Position numbers and translations under genes: made by a program. This document shows positions 1 to 12,667 of a stretch of DNA of 64,000 nt, one piece after another. The DNA comes from Paramecium tetraurelia (lineage: Eukaryota). Below the pieces are notes generated by a model that did no database searches, was not told the origin of the DNA, and saw only the letters and a list, made by a program, of their open reading frames with translations. How positions within the stretch are numbered: position 1 is the stretch's first letter; each line of letters begins with the position of its first letter. The stretch covers positions 62,001-126,000 of the forward strand of contig CT868574.1 of the NCBI GenBank assembly GCA_000165425.1. The letters run 5' to 3'.

Positions 1-2
1 AG

Positions 3-446
3 ATATCAGAAATGTGGGAACAATACAAAAGAGAAAACGATTCAAAACAAATCAATGGGAATGAACAAATTTATTTTCAAATTTTTGATTTTCTTCTTAC
101 TAAGCAACAAAAAGAATACGAAAGACAATAACTGGATTCAATTAACTATCCAGCCTCTCAACCATGTTATTAAAGGAAAAAAAAAATTTAAGCTCCAACT
201 ATTCAAATTTCATATTGTACAAGTGAACCTAAATTTGTCATTGAAGCTCGGAATCTAGCCATGGAAATACTGAGAGAATTCAAAGTTAACATAATCAAAA
301 GTTAAATACATCATTCATCAAAAAACATATCCGTAGTCCTGTATTAAGAAACTAAAAATATTGAATTATGGTCTTATTTAAGAGATGGGCCCCTAGATTA
401 CACAAAAATATTTGCTTTAATTTCAAAGTATGTTCAAAGACTGTGA
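3..446 (+). CDS. 3' end of a gene truncated by the window start; the C-terminus resembles an Rdx (SelW/SelT-like) thioredoxin fold
   Basis: Frame is open under the ciliate code from nt 3 to TGA at 444-446, ending ...IQISYCTSEPKFVIEARNLAMEILREF...IELWSYLRDGPLDYTKIFALISKYVQRL*. The Rdx resemblance is by eye only. Confidence 0.6.
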
Positions 447-780
447 ATTATTATATTTTTCTCATTAAAATTTAACTACATTTAATTAGTAGTATTCTTA
501 AAAAAGCTATGTAATATCTTTAAATCGAAATAATCGACTGCAGATACCATTGAAATAAGATAATAAGAGCCATTTTTTCTATTTAAAAAATCAGTTAATC
601 TCTAAAATAAATTAGTTCAATATTTTATGATATTAATTAAAATAGTGAAGTATGGAGACATAGAATGTATACTAATTCTTTATCAATATAAATTAGTAAA
701 ATAATTATTCTCTGGAATTATTATATATAATTTTATTAAACTATGTATATATTGTTTTTGTTGAACTTAATATTTGTTAC

Positions 781-1662
781 TCATAATTTTGGGAATTCAG
801 CCTTCCCTTTTGTCATTGAAGCTGTAATAGCAGTAGCCATATCATTTGTGAATAGCATGGCCATATTAGTTCTGGCCATGACATCTAAGTGCGAATCTAG
901 ATTTTATTCCCTAGTCACAATGCTTTTAATTGTGTAGCATCCTACTGGAGATTTGGAAGCAATGGTCTCAGCAAGCTTGAAGATTTCATCATTTAACTAA
1001 TCACTCTTAACTACTTTGCTAACTAAACCCAATTGTAAAGCTTCTTGAGCATTAAAAATTCTGCCTGTGTATGCTAATTCTCTGAAGAGGGATGTATTAG
1101 CATTCTATACGCCCAATCTTTACAGAGTTCCTATATCAGCAGCCCTATAAATATAATGGAAGTGAATATACATTCCAATATCAATTTCTTTGATTGAGAA
1201 ATTTGCATCTTCCGAACAATATCTGATATCGGCAGAGGTAATAAGGTCAATGCCACCCCCCAAACAATATCCTTGAATGCCCACGATTACTGGTACTCTG
1301 ATTCTGGATAAGGAAGTCATTGCAAATTGCCAATCCTTAATGAGATCATAGATTCTAATTGATCTTCTTGCTTAATCCAACTCGTCTGGAAACTGAGGAA
1401 TAGGGAGAATAGGAGAATACTTGGAACATTTGTGGAGCTTCTTTGAGATCGAGACCGGCACAGAAGTGCTTTCCTCTTCCAGTCAACACCACAACTCGAA
1501 CATCGTCAGTTTAATTGATGATATCGACAGCAGCCTTGAAATCTTGAAAGAGTTGACCAGACATGGCATTCCTAGGGTTATGAATGGGATGTACAATTGT
1601 TTGGGTCGATTGATTTCAAGATGATAAATTTATCCTTTTTTGGTACCCACTAGAGTTTACAT
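781..1662 (-). CDS. ECH1: Delta(3,5)-Delta(2,4)-dienoyl-CoA isomerase (crotonase family), probably peroxisomal
   Basis: Motifs LEINRPK..NAM, VVVLTGRGKHFCAGLDL, PVIVGIQGYCLGGGIDLITSADIRYCSEDA.FSIKEIDIG.AADIGTL (the E..D pair typical of ECH1). Short GT..AG introns. Ends in EFPKL*. Confidence 0.9.
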
Positions 1663-1762
1663 ATTATGAATATTATTATGCTTGGTTTAATTTTTATTTG
1701 TATTTATTTTTGATGATATAAATGAATTTTGAAAATATATATCCCAAAATAAATAAATTAAT

Positions 1763-3197
1763 ATGAATCATCTTACAGGAATTGAAGCTGTTCTTAATAC
1801 AGCTGAAGCAAGCACTCCAGCCCCATCAAACATTGATTCCACATGGGTGTTGATTACATCCTTCAGTGCTTTATTAACAATATTGGGATTCGCCTTCATC
1901 AGTTCAGGAGCAGTGAGATACAAATCTGTGCAATCAGCAGTTATCACAGTCTTATTGGGAGCAGTGATCACCATATTATTTTTCTGGCTTGTAAGAAATA
2001 TAAAATAACATTTCGATTAGTTAGGATATGGGATTTGCATTTGGAGATGACAAGGGAAATAAATTCATAGGTTTGAGTAGATTCGCTGGAGCTGGATATG
2101 GAGTGGATGCATCAAGAGATGATTACACAAATTTAAGTAATGATAACTATTTATTTAATTAGTTTTCTAGAGTGTTGGAGCAATAATAGTTTCATCATTG
2201 TTTGGATTGGGAACATTGGAAAGATCCAGATTTTTCTCAGTCAGTGTTTGTTTGGCTGTAATATCAGGCTTCTTATATCCAACTGCATTACATTGGATTT
2301 AACCAACAGGCTGGTTAAGTAAATTTGGATTCATTGATTTTGCTGGATCCAGTTACATCCACTTTTTCGGTGGAGTGACAGCCTTGGTTGTTTCAATCTT
2401 CTTGAAGGAAAGAAGAGATTAAGCAGGAAATGTTCATCCAGGCATCTTCCCACATCATTCCCCAATCAACATTGGTTATGGATCAATAATCTTAAGTGTT
2501 GCCACACTCATTTTCATTAACGGTGCAAATCAAGAGGGCAAAACAGATAAATACGAACAAGGATTGATAGCAGTTAACACTTTGATAGCAGCTACCTTCT
2601 CAGCCTTGACAAGTTTCGTTGCTTAATATTTGAAAACCCACAAAACAAGTTTGATTGCTATTGCAAGAGGAAGTGTTGCTGGTATTGTTGCCATCTCAGC
2701 AATTGCCAATGATGTTAGAATTTGGGAATCTGCATTAACTGGTACCCTCGCTGGATTAGTGTATATTGTACTTATTCTTGTCATCAAGAGATCTCATGTT
2801 GATGATCCTGCTTATACTTTAGCTACTCATCTTGTAATATATATATAATTTATCAATCTATAGGGACCAGGATTATTGGGTACTCTTTTGGTTGGAGTCT
2901 TGACACTCAGCAATGGATTCGTAACTGGACATGGATTTAAATAATTTGGATTATAACTTGTAGGTGTTTTGGCATTGTTAGGATGGGGATTGTTGATTGC
3001 TTTATTCGTTATCCCATTGAAGGGAACTGGAGTCTTTAAGATCAATCCCTTCTAAGAATCCAAAGGAATTGATACCAGTTATGGTAATTGTTTTTCATAA
3101 TTATATTTTAGCTGAAGGAGAAGCTATTTAATTCATTGATGAACAACCAGAACCAACTCTTTTAAGTAGTACTCCAAAGAAGGGAATCTTCCAATGA
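1763..3197 (+). CDS. Ammonium transporter (Amt/MEP family)
   Basis: DSTWVLITSFSALL, SGAVRYKS, GFIDFAGSSYIHFFGG, GSVAGIVAIS and VDDPAYTLATH, so both pore His residues are present. Multiple TM helices and about 4 tiny introns. TGA at 3195-3197. Confidence 0.93.
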
Positions 3198-3330
3198 TTA
3201 ATAAGTCATTAAATTTTCATGCATTAAAATAACAATAATTAGCTTATTTACTTTATATGTAAATATAGTTTCTTCATCATCTGTATGAATAACCTATTTG
3301 AATTACAAAATAACAAAAATAATCGTAAAA

Positions 3331-5558
3331 TCATTTGCTAACATCCCAAATACTATAATCGCCTTTGCCTTCTATAGCTATCATTAGATCATGTGTCTAA
3401 ATCTCTAAAAATTTGAGGTATCTAGTTTCAGAAGGCGCTATTCTATACTTATTTTCAAGCTTTATAGATAAATGCATTATCTTACTTCAAATTATTCGTT
3501 CAGAATCAAATAGTGATCAAACTAGGAACTGTGAAGAAGACAAAGAAATTTCTTCCTCACTTGAATTACATCAATCAATTCCAACTCCTTGTCTTCCTTT
3601 TCGAACAATATCTAACGCAAATACTTTTTGACATTCTAAAGAAATCATTTATATTTTATTTACAATTTTCTGTGGTTCATATGGTTTATTGTCTTTAGAG
3701 TTAGTTAAATGAGGTGGCAATTGTATTTTTTTTAGATCAATAATCGTAAGCACACCCTGCTGAGTCATAATCAAAAGTCGATGATTGGAAATTAACTTCG
3801 ATCTGAGTACTTGGTCTTTTCCAGTCACATTCTTTATTTGCTTAAACAATTAGGAATCGTGGAAGAGATAAGTTGTAGATTTCTCTGAAGCAATTGTTAA
3901 TCCATCTGAGAAGTCCACACTTTTAATTATAGAGGGTTTCAACTCCACTTTATATTACTCCAGCATTTCTCCTTCATATATTTTTGAACTGTCGAAGCAA
4001 AACTTCCACACCTTAATGAAATCTGCACAAATGGTTGCAAAATCCAATTCATTACTGTATTTAGAATATTCAACAGTTTGTCTCAAATACTTTTCATTAA
4101 TAAATTTCAACTGTTCGATAGGTTGTTAATGCAAATCTCTAAATTCTGTGAGTTGCTCAATTTATTTCATATCCTAATACAAAAATAATTTGACAGTAAA
4201 CCCTAAATCAATGTATTTGTCATTCAAGATCTTGATATTCCTGCCAGTGGTCAGAAACATCCCTGGAGTCTAACATAGTTCCACATCCTTCAATTCTTAA
4301 TGAGGTTTCAGCTGGTGTTGATTGACAATAGAGAGATCACTCTACTCGATCTCTATCGTTATGATATTTAGAGTGCCTTCCTTTCCTGCTGTCAAACACA
4401 CGTTTTTTTAGATATTTATAATTTTCAATAGGTAAGTATGTTATGTGTTGACTTGGATGATTCTCTTAAATTCAGTTCCAGTAGAATCATATGGAGCCGT
4501 GATGGGGACCTGCTACTTCACAATAGATTAAGACTATTCAGTCTTCATGGTGTGATGTGTGTAATCCAAACTCTTGAGCAACTCAAGTTTTCTGGACTTG
4601 GTTAATTTGTTCATTTTCCATCTTGATAGTTATTCAACATCGTCTTGGTCGTAATCAGTGGCTAATGTGTAGACCTATTATTAAGTGTTTTGAGAGGTTT
4701 AATATTTAGTAAATGATGTTGGGGGCACTTTTAACTATAAGTTGGGGTTGCTGGTGACATCTTTGATTTTGAATGCTTTTGGCAACATGTTAATCTTATT
4801 GATTTGGAAATGCTCTTCTTTAATTTGATTTCGAATTCTCTCCATCTCTTGATGAAATTACTTGAGATATTTATGGACTTGATTGGCCATGGGTTCTAAT
4901 AATAACTTCACATTCTAGTGAAACAATTCAACTAGGGCTTGTATCTATTGTTATGGGTACTCTATACTTTCTTCTCGTAGTATTCTCTTTCTAAGTCTCC
5001 TGTATGCAAGCGGTATAAGAGGATGTTTGCTTCTTTGGTGGATATTTTAGCATTCAATGCACTCATCACTGTTTAAACTATCATGTGACCAGTTTCTCGA
5101 TTACTATTTGTAAATTATGAAACTTACTTTAAAACTTATGCTGAGAAACAATCCTCAATTGATTGATTAATAAAATCGACTACCATCTTTTTCGAGGACT
5201 GGAGACTGTCGATCATTTGGTGTAAGTATTTTTCAATGGAATCCTCTAATTTTCTTAAATAATTCATTCTGATCTCATGTCTGATGTTTCCATTATTGGA
5301 GAGAAAGATTTTGGTTTTATTGCCAAGATCACTTCCATAGAGAGCAAAGTCAGGACTGATAATTGATTATAGAAATTACTTTCCACCTTTTAGGAAGGTC
5401 TCCGCCTATTATAAAAATGCAGCAGCATCCACTATTTTGTGATTGCTGTGTTCATTCGAAGTTCTGGAGCAATCATCACAAAGCAGTTTGTTGTTGCAAG
5501 TGTTATCGACACAAATGAATTTGATATATCTCAAATGGAAATCACAAATCTATTGCAT
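3331..5558 (-). CDS. B-box zinc finger, coiled-coil and WD40-like beta-propeller protein
   Basis: N-terminus MQQICDFHLRYIKFICVDNTCNNKLLCDDCSRTSNEHSNH is B-box-like. Central region is helical. C-terminal repeats include CLTAGKEGTLNII, FATICADFIKVWKF and GDYSIWDVSK*. Confidence 0.65.
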
Positions 5559-5712
5559 AATTTTATTATTATTTAATATAATATTGTCAATTCCACACAA
5601 AGTAACCAATTTATCAAGGGAGAATCATTATCGAGAATGACAATGTAAGCATATCAAGATGTAGAAATTACATTAAATATTCCTGCTCTATTATTAAAAT
5701 AAATTAATCTCA

Positions 5713-7735
5713 TCAAAGGTACTAATTGGGCCTATCGGCTAATTTTTCTAAATTTTACAGAGCCAATTGTCTTGAAGTTTGGGAGTCTTGATAAGGTATT
5801 GTGAAAACTACAATTAGAATATGATTTAATACATAGTCCATTTGTCAAATTGATTTTCAGCAATTAAGTCAGTATTTTAGGCTGTTTGTCATTGTAACTT
5901 TGTTCAACCTCGTATTGATGAATGACATAAAAGAATCCATAAGATATTCCTCCCTGAGGGTCTTACACAGGAGAGAATATTTCATATTACACTGTTCTTC
6001 TTCTGTAGGGAGTTAAGATCAATTCAGGAGGTTCCAACGAGAATAGATCATTTTGTTTAACTACAGCATTAGCCCAATCAAATGTGTAAATCTCCCTCTG
6101 CTCAGTGTTTTTGTGTTTCAAACACTCTCCAGACAGAATCAATTGGTTGTTCCCGTAATAGGGACAACTAAAAACTGGAGATCCTAGAACTGATTTGTGA
6201 TATACTTCATCCCCAGCAAATTGAATTTGGAAATCCTATTTAACATTTCCCAAGAACTTCTCTTCTTTGCAAACAAAGATCTACCCTGAATGCTATTGTT
6301 GACATCTGTAATTAGTGAGACCATCTGGATCCTTGGTTACACCGCCAAAGAATATGATCAACTTATCAAATTATTAATGAGTTATCGTAAAGAAACTACC
6401 GTCAAATCTTTCAACCAAGTTGTTCTTCATTTATTCCCATCTTCTATTGTACGCAACATCCTTCAAAACATACTGACTATTCAACAATTGAGCTCTAATT
6501 TGATTGTCATTGTTCCTCAACTACTTCTAACCGTAAAACACATATAGATTTCTAACATTTATCAAAATTTGGATACCCTTTATAACTGGTTCCCATAAAA
6601 TTATACCCCTCCAATGGGAAATCAGGCAATTGAGTGATCTGGACACCCTCATCAACATTTTGAAATGGGTTTTTCGGAAATGCTATCTATAAACACTAGT
6701 TGGATTGACTGAATCTTTCTGCCTTTTGACCGCCGATTACGTAGATTATGTTCTGGGTCTGATTGCCTTCTCCTTTGATGTACAAAGCCTACTCCAATTA
6801 AACGTAGGGTTGGCCCTTGAATGTGAGTGGATACTCATACCAGATGCCATATTGGATCAAGTAGACAATTAGCTAAGGATAAATTATGAATGAGTACAAT
6901 CGAATAGATTTGGTTGTTGGAGTAGATCTTTTTAAGAGCGAACACGTAGTCTTCATTTAATGATTTCTTTCCTAGAGAGATTAATTTTAAGGATTGGTTG
7001 AGTGCTTATTTGAATTATTGCTTTTTGGCTGAGACTCTGTCTTGCAAGACTTTGAAGGTGAAGTTTTGATTTTTTTTGTACAACTTATATAGCATACTGA
7101 AGAGGAGTTGTTGCAATTTTACTATGGTTTAACTTATTTCATCGAGTATTCTTCTTTGCTCCTCATTTTAAGGACCATTGTTTATTTCCTTCATTCTTCT
7201 AGACACACCCAAGATTGGTGTGCTCCCTGGCAATTGGTGTCTTTGAGGCACCACTTTTATCTTGTGATTGAAGGAGGAGGTCAACTTATTGGCCACCTTC
7301 GTTTCGACAATGTATATATTTTTGCTTTACTAATAGATCAATTATGATTCATTTAATTAGAGAAATGGATTCTTTATTTTGAACTGTTTTAATTATTCTA
7401 GCACATGATAGAAAGTGTAATCCACTCCATAATCCTTAAAATTAGTGTACTTTCGGCAGCCTGGACAAGCAAATCCCCTATTAACATAAAATATTTCATT
7501 ACGTAGGTTCAACTTTATTTTACATATTTTTGAAGTGCTCCAACCAAGAATTTAAATCGAAAATACAGTGCACGTAGCTGATAGGAGAATGTCTAACTGG
7601 AATATTTATTGGAAGCTTCGAAAATTGGCACTTTGTCGTGAGGACGACTTCCTCGCTGCCTATCTTTTCTTAAAGAAGTCTTTGAAAGGGAAGACTAACA
7701 TTGAAAGACTTCAAATGTTCTTCGTACAATTGCAT
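5713..7735 (-). CDS. SP-RING (zf-MIZ)-like N-terminal domain plus Kelch-like repeats
   Basis: TKCQFSKLPINIPVRHSPISYVHCIFDLNSWL...FACPGCRK...GVDYTFYHVL resembles an SP-RING. IYVIGGQ, LPDFPLEGY and IIFFGG are Kelch-like segments. Ends with tandem TGA TGA. Confidence 0.6.
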
Positions 7736-8293
7736 ATCTATTAATTAGATATTTTTATTTTAAGTTTAATATTCCCATTTGAAGAATCGCTATATTAAAA
7801 AATATGGTCATAGTAATAACCATTCCTAATATAGAGGTAATAGAAATATGATTTTATATTAAAAATTATTCTAATAAATTGAAAAGCAAGAATATTTTAA
7901 TATACAAGCATTGTCCTTATTTAATACTCCATTTAAATTGGGCTATTCTGATGAAGAGATTAGATGCTTTTGAAAAATCAACTTTAAGCTGAGCAAAAAT
8001 ATTTAGAATTTATTATATAGAATTTGGATGGGTATCTATTTAAAGGGCTCAACAACATATGCCATTCTCCAATAAGGATGAATTAATTAATTTAATCACA
8101 TAATGCCATAAAAATCAATATGCAAAATATTTATTATACAGTTTATGATTTCGCAAGCTTAATTCCATTCACAGTTATTTAATTAATTTTAAGACCAGGG
8201 ATTTTTCAAAATTAGGTTTTATGGAACGGTGATGTTTAGGAGGCGGATTTTCAGAAATAAAATTGAATAAAATTATTAAATATATATATTATT

Positions 8294-11061
8294 ATGTCGA
8301 AATAGCCACCTTTATAATCTGACCCGGATTCATTAGTGTACTTTGTTATTGAGTTTATTATAGCGAGGCATACGAGTAATTACAATGCAAAATGTCACAC
8401 AATGACCATGATGTAGTAGATCAAATTGGATAGATTTGTTAAAGTGTTATGTGGGGAGATAAGAACAATGATACATTTTTTGAGTAAGCATCCATCTAAA
8501 ACAACCTAGTTACTTTTGCGATCAGAAAACTATGTCATTGTACTTAGATTTGGTGCATACTGGGTAAAGGGAAGTTGTAGTGGCAGTAATTAAAGCAATT
8601 ACGATGCTATTACAAAATATATAAAGACCAGTTAGCATAAATTATATATTAAGTCACAGTGCATTGAACGGCATTATCATAGCAGATTACAACTTTAGGG
8701 ATGATGAAATCATAGCTTATTACATAAATTTGTTAAAATGTGTTTCAATTAGGATTGACGAACAGAGTTTGCAGTTGTTCTATAATTTGGTATGTAATTC
8801 CAATCTCCATAGAAATTTAGCACATTTCCAATGTTAATGAAGGCCATCTGTTTCTACAAACATAAGGAAAACTTAATTAGAACAAGTGTGAGAAACATAG
8901 TTTTAGGAATAACCAAAATAAACCTACCACCATTGCGTAGATATGTTAGTTCGTTCCCATTCACAATGTTTTACGTCCAATTCAGTTGCTACATGAGAGA
9001 TGCCCTCTTTTATATTGGTGGTCTCATTCAGGAGGGCAGACAAGAGTCACACAAAATAATCAAATTGTTGTTGGATGATTAATTGGACATCTTATACTTT
9101 TTGGAAGATCTTCTAAAAACCAATATCGATGCTTTACCGATCATTGTGAATTCAATAATGGCCTATGGATTTGTTCCGACTATAATAATGGGAGTTATTA
9201 AGAGTGGCTAACAATCCATTAAATTCAATCAGTAGCCATAGAGATAATCAATGAATCATTAATAATCTCAAAAGTATTAACACAATCGTGGACAATCATT
9301 AGGTAATTTCACATTTTCCAATATATTTTCATCATCCCAATAAACAAACAACTAATAATAATAGTAGGTAATTGATGTTAAGTTTTGTCTTTTCATCTTA
9401 ATCCAAATCTACAAGAGCTTTAGTTTCAGCTAGTTTTTGGATTTGTTAACTCTATTCATATTGGGAAAGGATCCTGAGATCGTTGATTTCATAACTTAAT
9501 TAAGTATTGTCACATTAATGTTAGATTCGAATTCCAAATTAAATTCATATGAAAAGGATGTAAGCATGAGTGAGACATGGGTAATAAAGGAGAAAACATT
9601 CATTCAGGCATATTCTTAATTTATCTACAAAGATTGTGAAATAAGCGAAGATATCAATGTAAATGATAAAGAGGATTTGTTGAAGGGGGTTTCCTCATAC
9701 TAAACATAATCAGTAAAGAGAGAATGTATAGTTATATGATTATATTAAAAAGTGAATTGTGAACACTTTAAATCATTAATAAATGATTCTAAAAGGTATG
9801 AGGATCTACTGAGTATTACTGACATGTGTGATATAACGATAGTAAAATCATAAAATAGAAGTAAAAAGTCGGCTTTGAGTTTCTTGGAGAGAAATGAATA
9901 AAATAAAGTAACTGGGAATACAATCAATACTAAAACACCCTTTTATGCTTTGATGAAACATTTAGAAAGTAATGATGACACTGTTGTATTCATGGTGTTG
10001 TTATTCATAAAGACTCTGAGACACTCAAAGAATATATCTCATTCAGTTTTAGAATAGGTTGGCATGATTACTCCAGATAAAAACATTGAATTGTATAAGA
10101 ATTGTTCCGAAACTTCCTTTTTTATGCAAGATAAATTGTTGGGTATTTTGTAAACTGGATTACCACCTTTTAGATTAGGAACTTACATCTTATCAATTTA
10201 AATGTTAATTGACTTTTGCAGAACAGATCTTGAGACTTATGATCTACGCTACAAAGATAGGTTTAAAGAAATTGTGTTATCTCATATACATAAAATTAAT
10301 GAATACATTAAATACCCATTAGAGGCTCATTATGTAATTGAATTCTTCTACACAGAGTATAAAGTCTTAAAGTAATACTAGTTATTTATCATTATAGCAA
10401 GACATCTATATCAATCTGGCCATAAACACATATATAATTGTTGTATGAAATGACTCAAAAGGGAGTTTGCCAAATTGATATCAAACATAACGAGAGTGTT
10501 TATTTTATGGAGCCTGCAAATCAATAGGACAAGGTTAGGAAAGACATGATGATTTTGTTGATTCTGAAATACACAGCATCAGTTCTAATTGGATTTGAGG
10601 AAGAAGAGTAAAAAATACTTGATAATCCAAAACCATTTGGAGATGGTCCTACTTTGAAATACTCGCCAGGAAATGCCTATAATTTGTAAGAAGAATAATA
10701 TTGTTAACTTGCTTAACATTAATGCAAATATCAAAACATTGATTGCTGCATTTTGGAGGATTCTCAAAATTTAGTATTGTTGGACTTGACACAAGGTCAG
10801 AGTGCAGCTAAATGCGTTTTTTCGTACAATTTGAAGTATACGGATGAAATGGTAGAGAGACTAAATTTGAAAATGCTTCATGTAACTTATAGATTTGAGA
10901 ATTAAAATAATGTTTTTGATTTGGAATTCCAAAACAAATAATGTTGTTAAGCAGCAAAAAAGATGACAGAATAAAAGAAAGCAGATTTGAGAAAGGAAGA
11001 GTTGGATACTGTCACAACATTTTTATAGGCACTTACAAAATCGTTGAATTATAATAAATGA
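8294..11061 (+). CDS. CLEC16A: CLEC16A/TT9 (FPL domain) endosomal and autophagy protein
   Basis: QSVMWGDKNNDTFFDYF, YILSHSALNGII..YNFRDDEIIAYYINLLK, FPMLMKAICFYKHKENLIRTSVRNIVLGI. Multi-intron gene. TGA at 11059-11061. Confidence 0.85.
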
Positions 11062-11205
11062 TAATTGTTAAATCAAATTATAATCTCGTATTCTATTGAT
11101 TCCTCTAAGAATATCGGTTGCAATGCTATCTATTTAAAAATTATAATATTAATAGAATAACTCAGTTGAAAACAAAAAAATATTATTAAGTAAAATTAAT
11201 AGAAA

Positions 11206-11907
11206 TCAATTATTAAATATATTTTACATAAGATTCCATCTTACAACTACTTATTCCCAATATGGAATCTACTTTTCTGCCATTATTTTATTCAATTGTG
11301 TTAGAAATTACTTATCTGATATCATGTTCTTCTTTTCCTATTTACTTGATTCATCTTATGGCAAATCCAGTTCTATATACATATCTCTGAATGTGCCATT
11401 GGTCTATGCATCATTATTCACAATGACCATTTGTGGTTATTCGTCATCTGAGAGATCATTTATTTGATCCCAAAATAAACATTTGATCTCAAAAAATAGA
11501 CAGTCAAATTTAGATTATTTTTATAAATCTCCTAAATTTTTTTCCAAATCGTCCTGTTACAATGCACATTGAATCATGTTCAATAATAAATTGAGATTCT
11601 TAACACTTGTGTAGTAGGAATTGTTTCTGGATGCCAATTAAATTACAGAGACGACATTTTCTGCTTTCAACTTTTAAATTATTGCTTCATTCTTGCTTTA
11701 TCCCAAATGATCATTAACTATTAGTAGACATTCCACAAAGATCTCCAATATATCCTACTCGATTATCTCCTAAGGTTTTCCCATTCTCTATGCCACCAAA
11801 CTCACGTTGCCTCTATTTTCTAGGATTGTGTGCCATAGTTCTCGCTTTTCATATAGGGTCAACTACGGCCTGTAGAGTTCTTCTCTCTCTCTCTTACATA
11901 TGTACAT
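11206..11907 (-). CDS. Hypothetical protein (233 aa) with a possible N-terminal helix-turn-helix
   Basis: Intronless ORF under the ciliate code, beginning MYICKREREELYRPQLTLYEKRELWHTILENRGNVSLVAQRMGKPQEIIEQD. Confidence 0.7.
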
Positions 11908-12000
11908 AAATATTTTAATTGCAAAATAACATCATGATTCCTAGAAATGGTTTAATAAAAAATCATTTTTATTTTTAATCGTTATAAATTTGAAATTTCA

Positions 12001-12629
12001 ATGGCTTCATCAGTTCTTCGTTCTCAAATTCCCTTAGGAGGAATATGCGATGTAGAGTCTGCAAAACACGTTGCAAGACGTCTCTTTGAATCTTACGATC
12101 GAGACAGGAACGGAATCTTGGATCAAGGAGAAGTGGCTCCCATGATGGTAGATGCATACAAAGGAATGTCCAAAGGGTTCAATCCAAGCAAATCCGATGT
12201 TGATACCTATTTGAGAATCCTCGATAGAAATGGAGATGGCAAAATCACAATCTAAGACATAGAAGCTTTAGCCATCAAATACTTGGTTGGCATTACTGGA
12301 GAGTCTCCAAAAAGACCAAAGAGACAGTACTCAAAATTCGTTGAAGAGCGTCTTGATGTTGCAAGGAGACTCTTTCGTAAATTTGATTAAGATGGCTCTG
12401 GATTCATCACTGAAAATGAAGTAAATTGATTCTTCCTAACATCCCTTAGGTTCCTTAATTATTAATCGAGACCTACAGATCCATGGGTATTCAATATAAT
12501 CCCACTTAAGAAGATGTGAAATCATGGATGAGAATGACTGACCTTAATGATGATGGTCAAGTTTCACTTGAAGAATATGAAGACTTAGTTATTAGATCGC
12601 TTCAACATGCAGGAATCCAACTTGAATGA
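12001..12629 (+). CDS. EF-hand calcium-binding protein (4 EF hands in two duplicated lobes)
   Basis: EF loops DRDRNGILDQGE, DRNGDGKITIQD, DQDGSGFITENE and DLNDDGQVSLEE. Intron at 12421-12449. Tandem TGA TGA at the end. Confidence 0.92.
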
Positions 12630-12667
12630 TGATATCATTATATAAAGATAATCATATATCTGAACTT

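Noticed and set aside
7945..7995. Possible C/D box snoRNA (TGATGA...CTGA)
   Set aside because: Only about 45 nt between boxes, no convincing terminal stem or recognisable rRNA guide, and such motifs are common by chance in AT-rich DNA.
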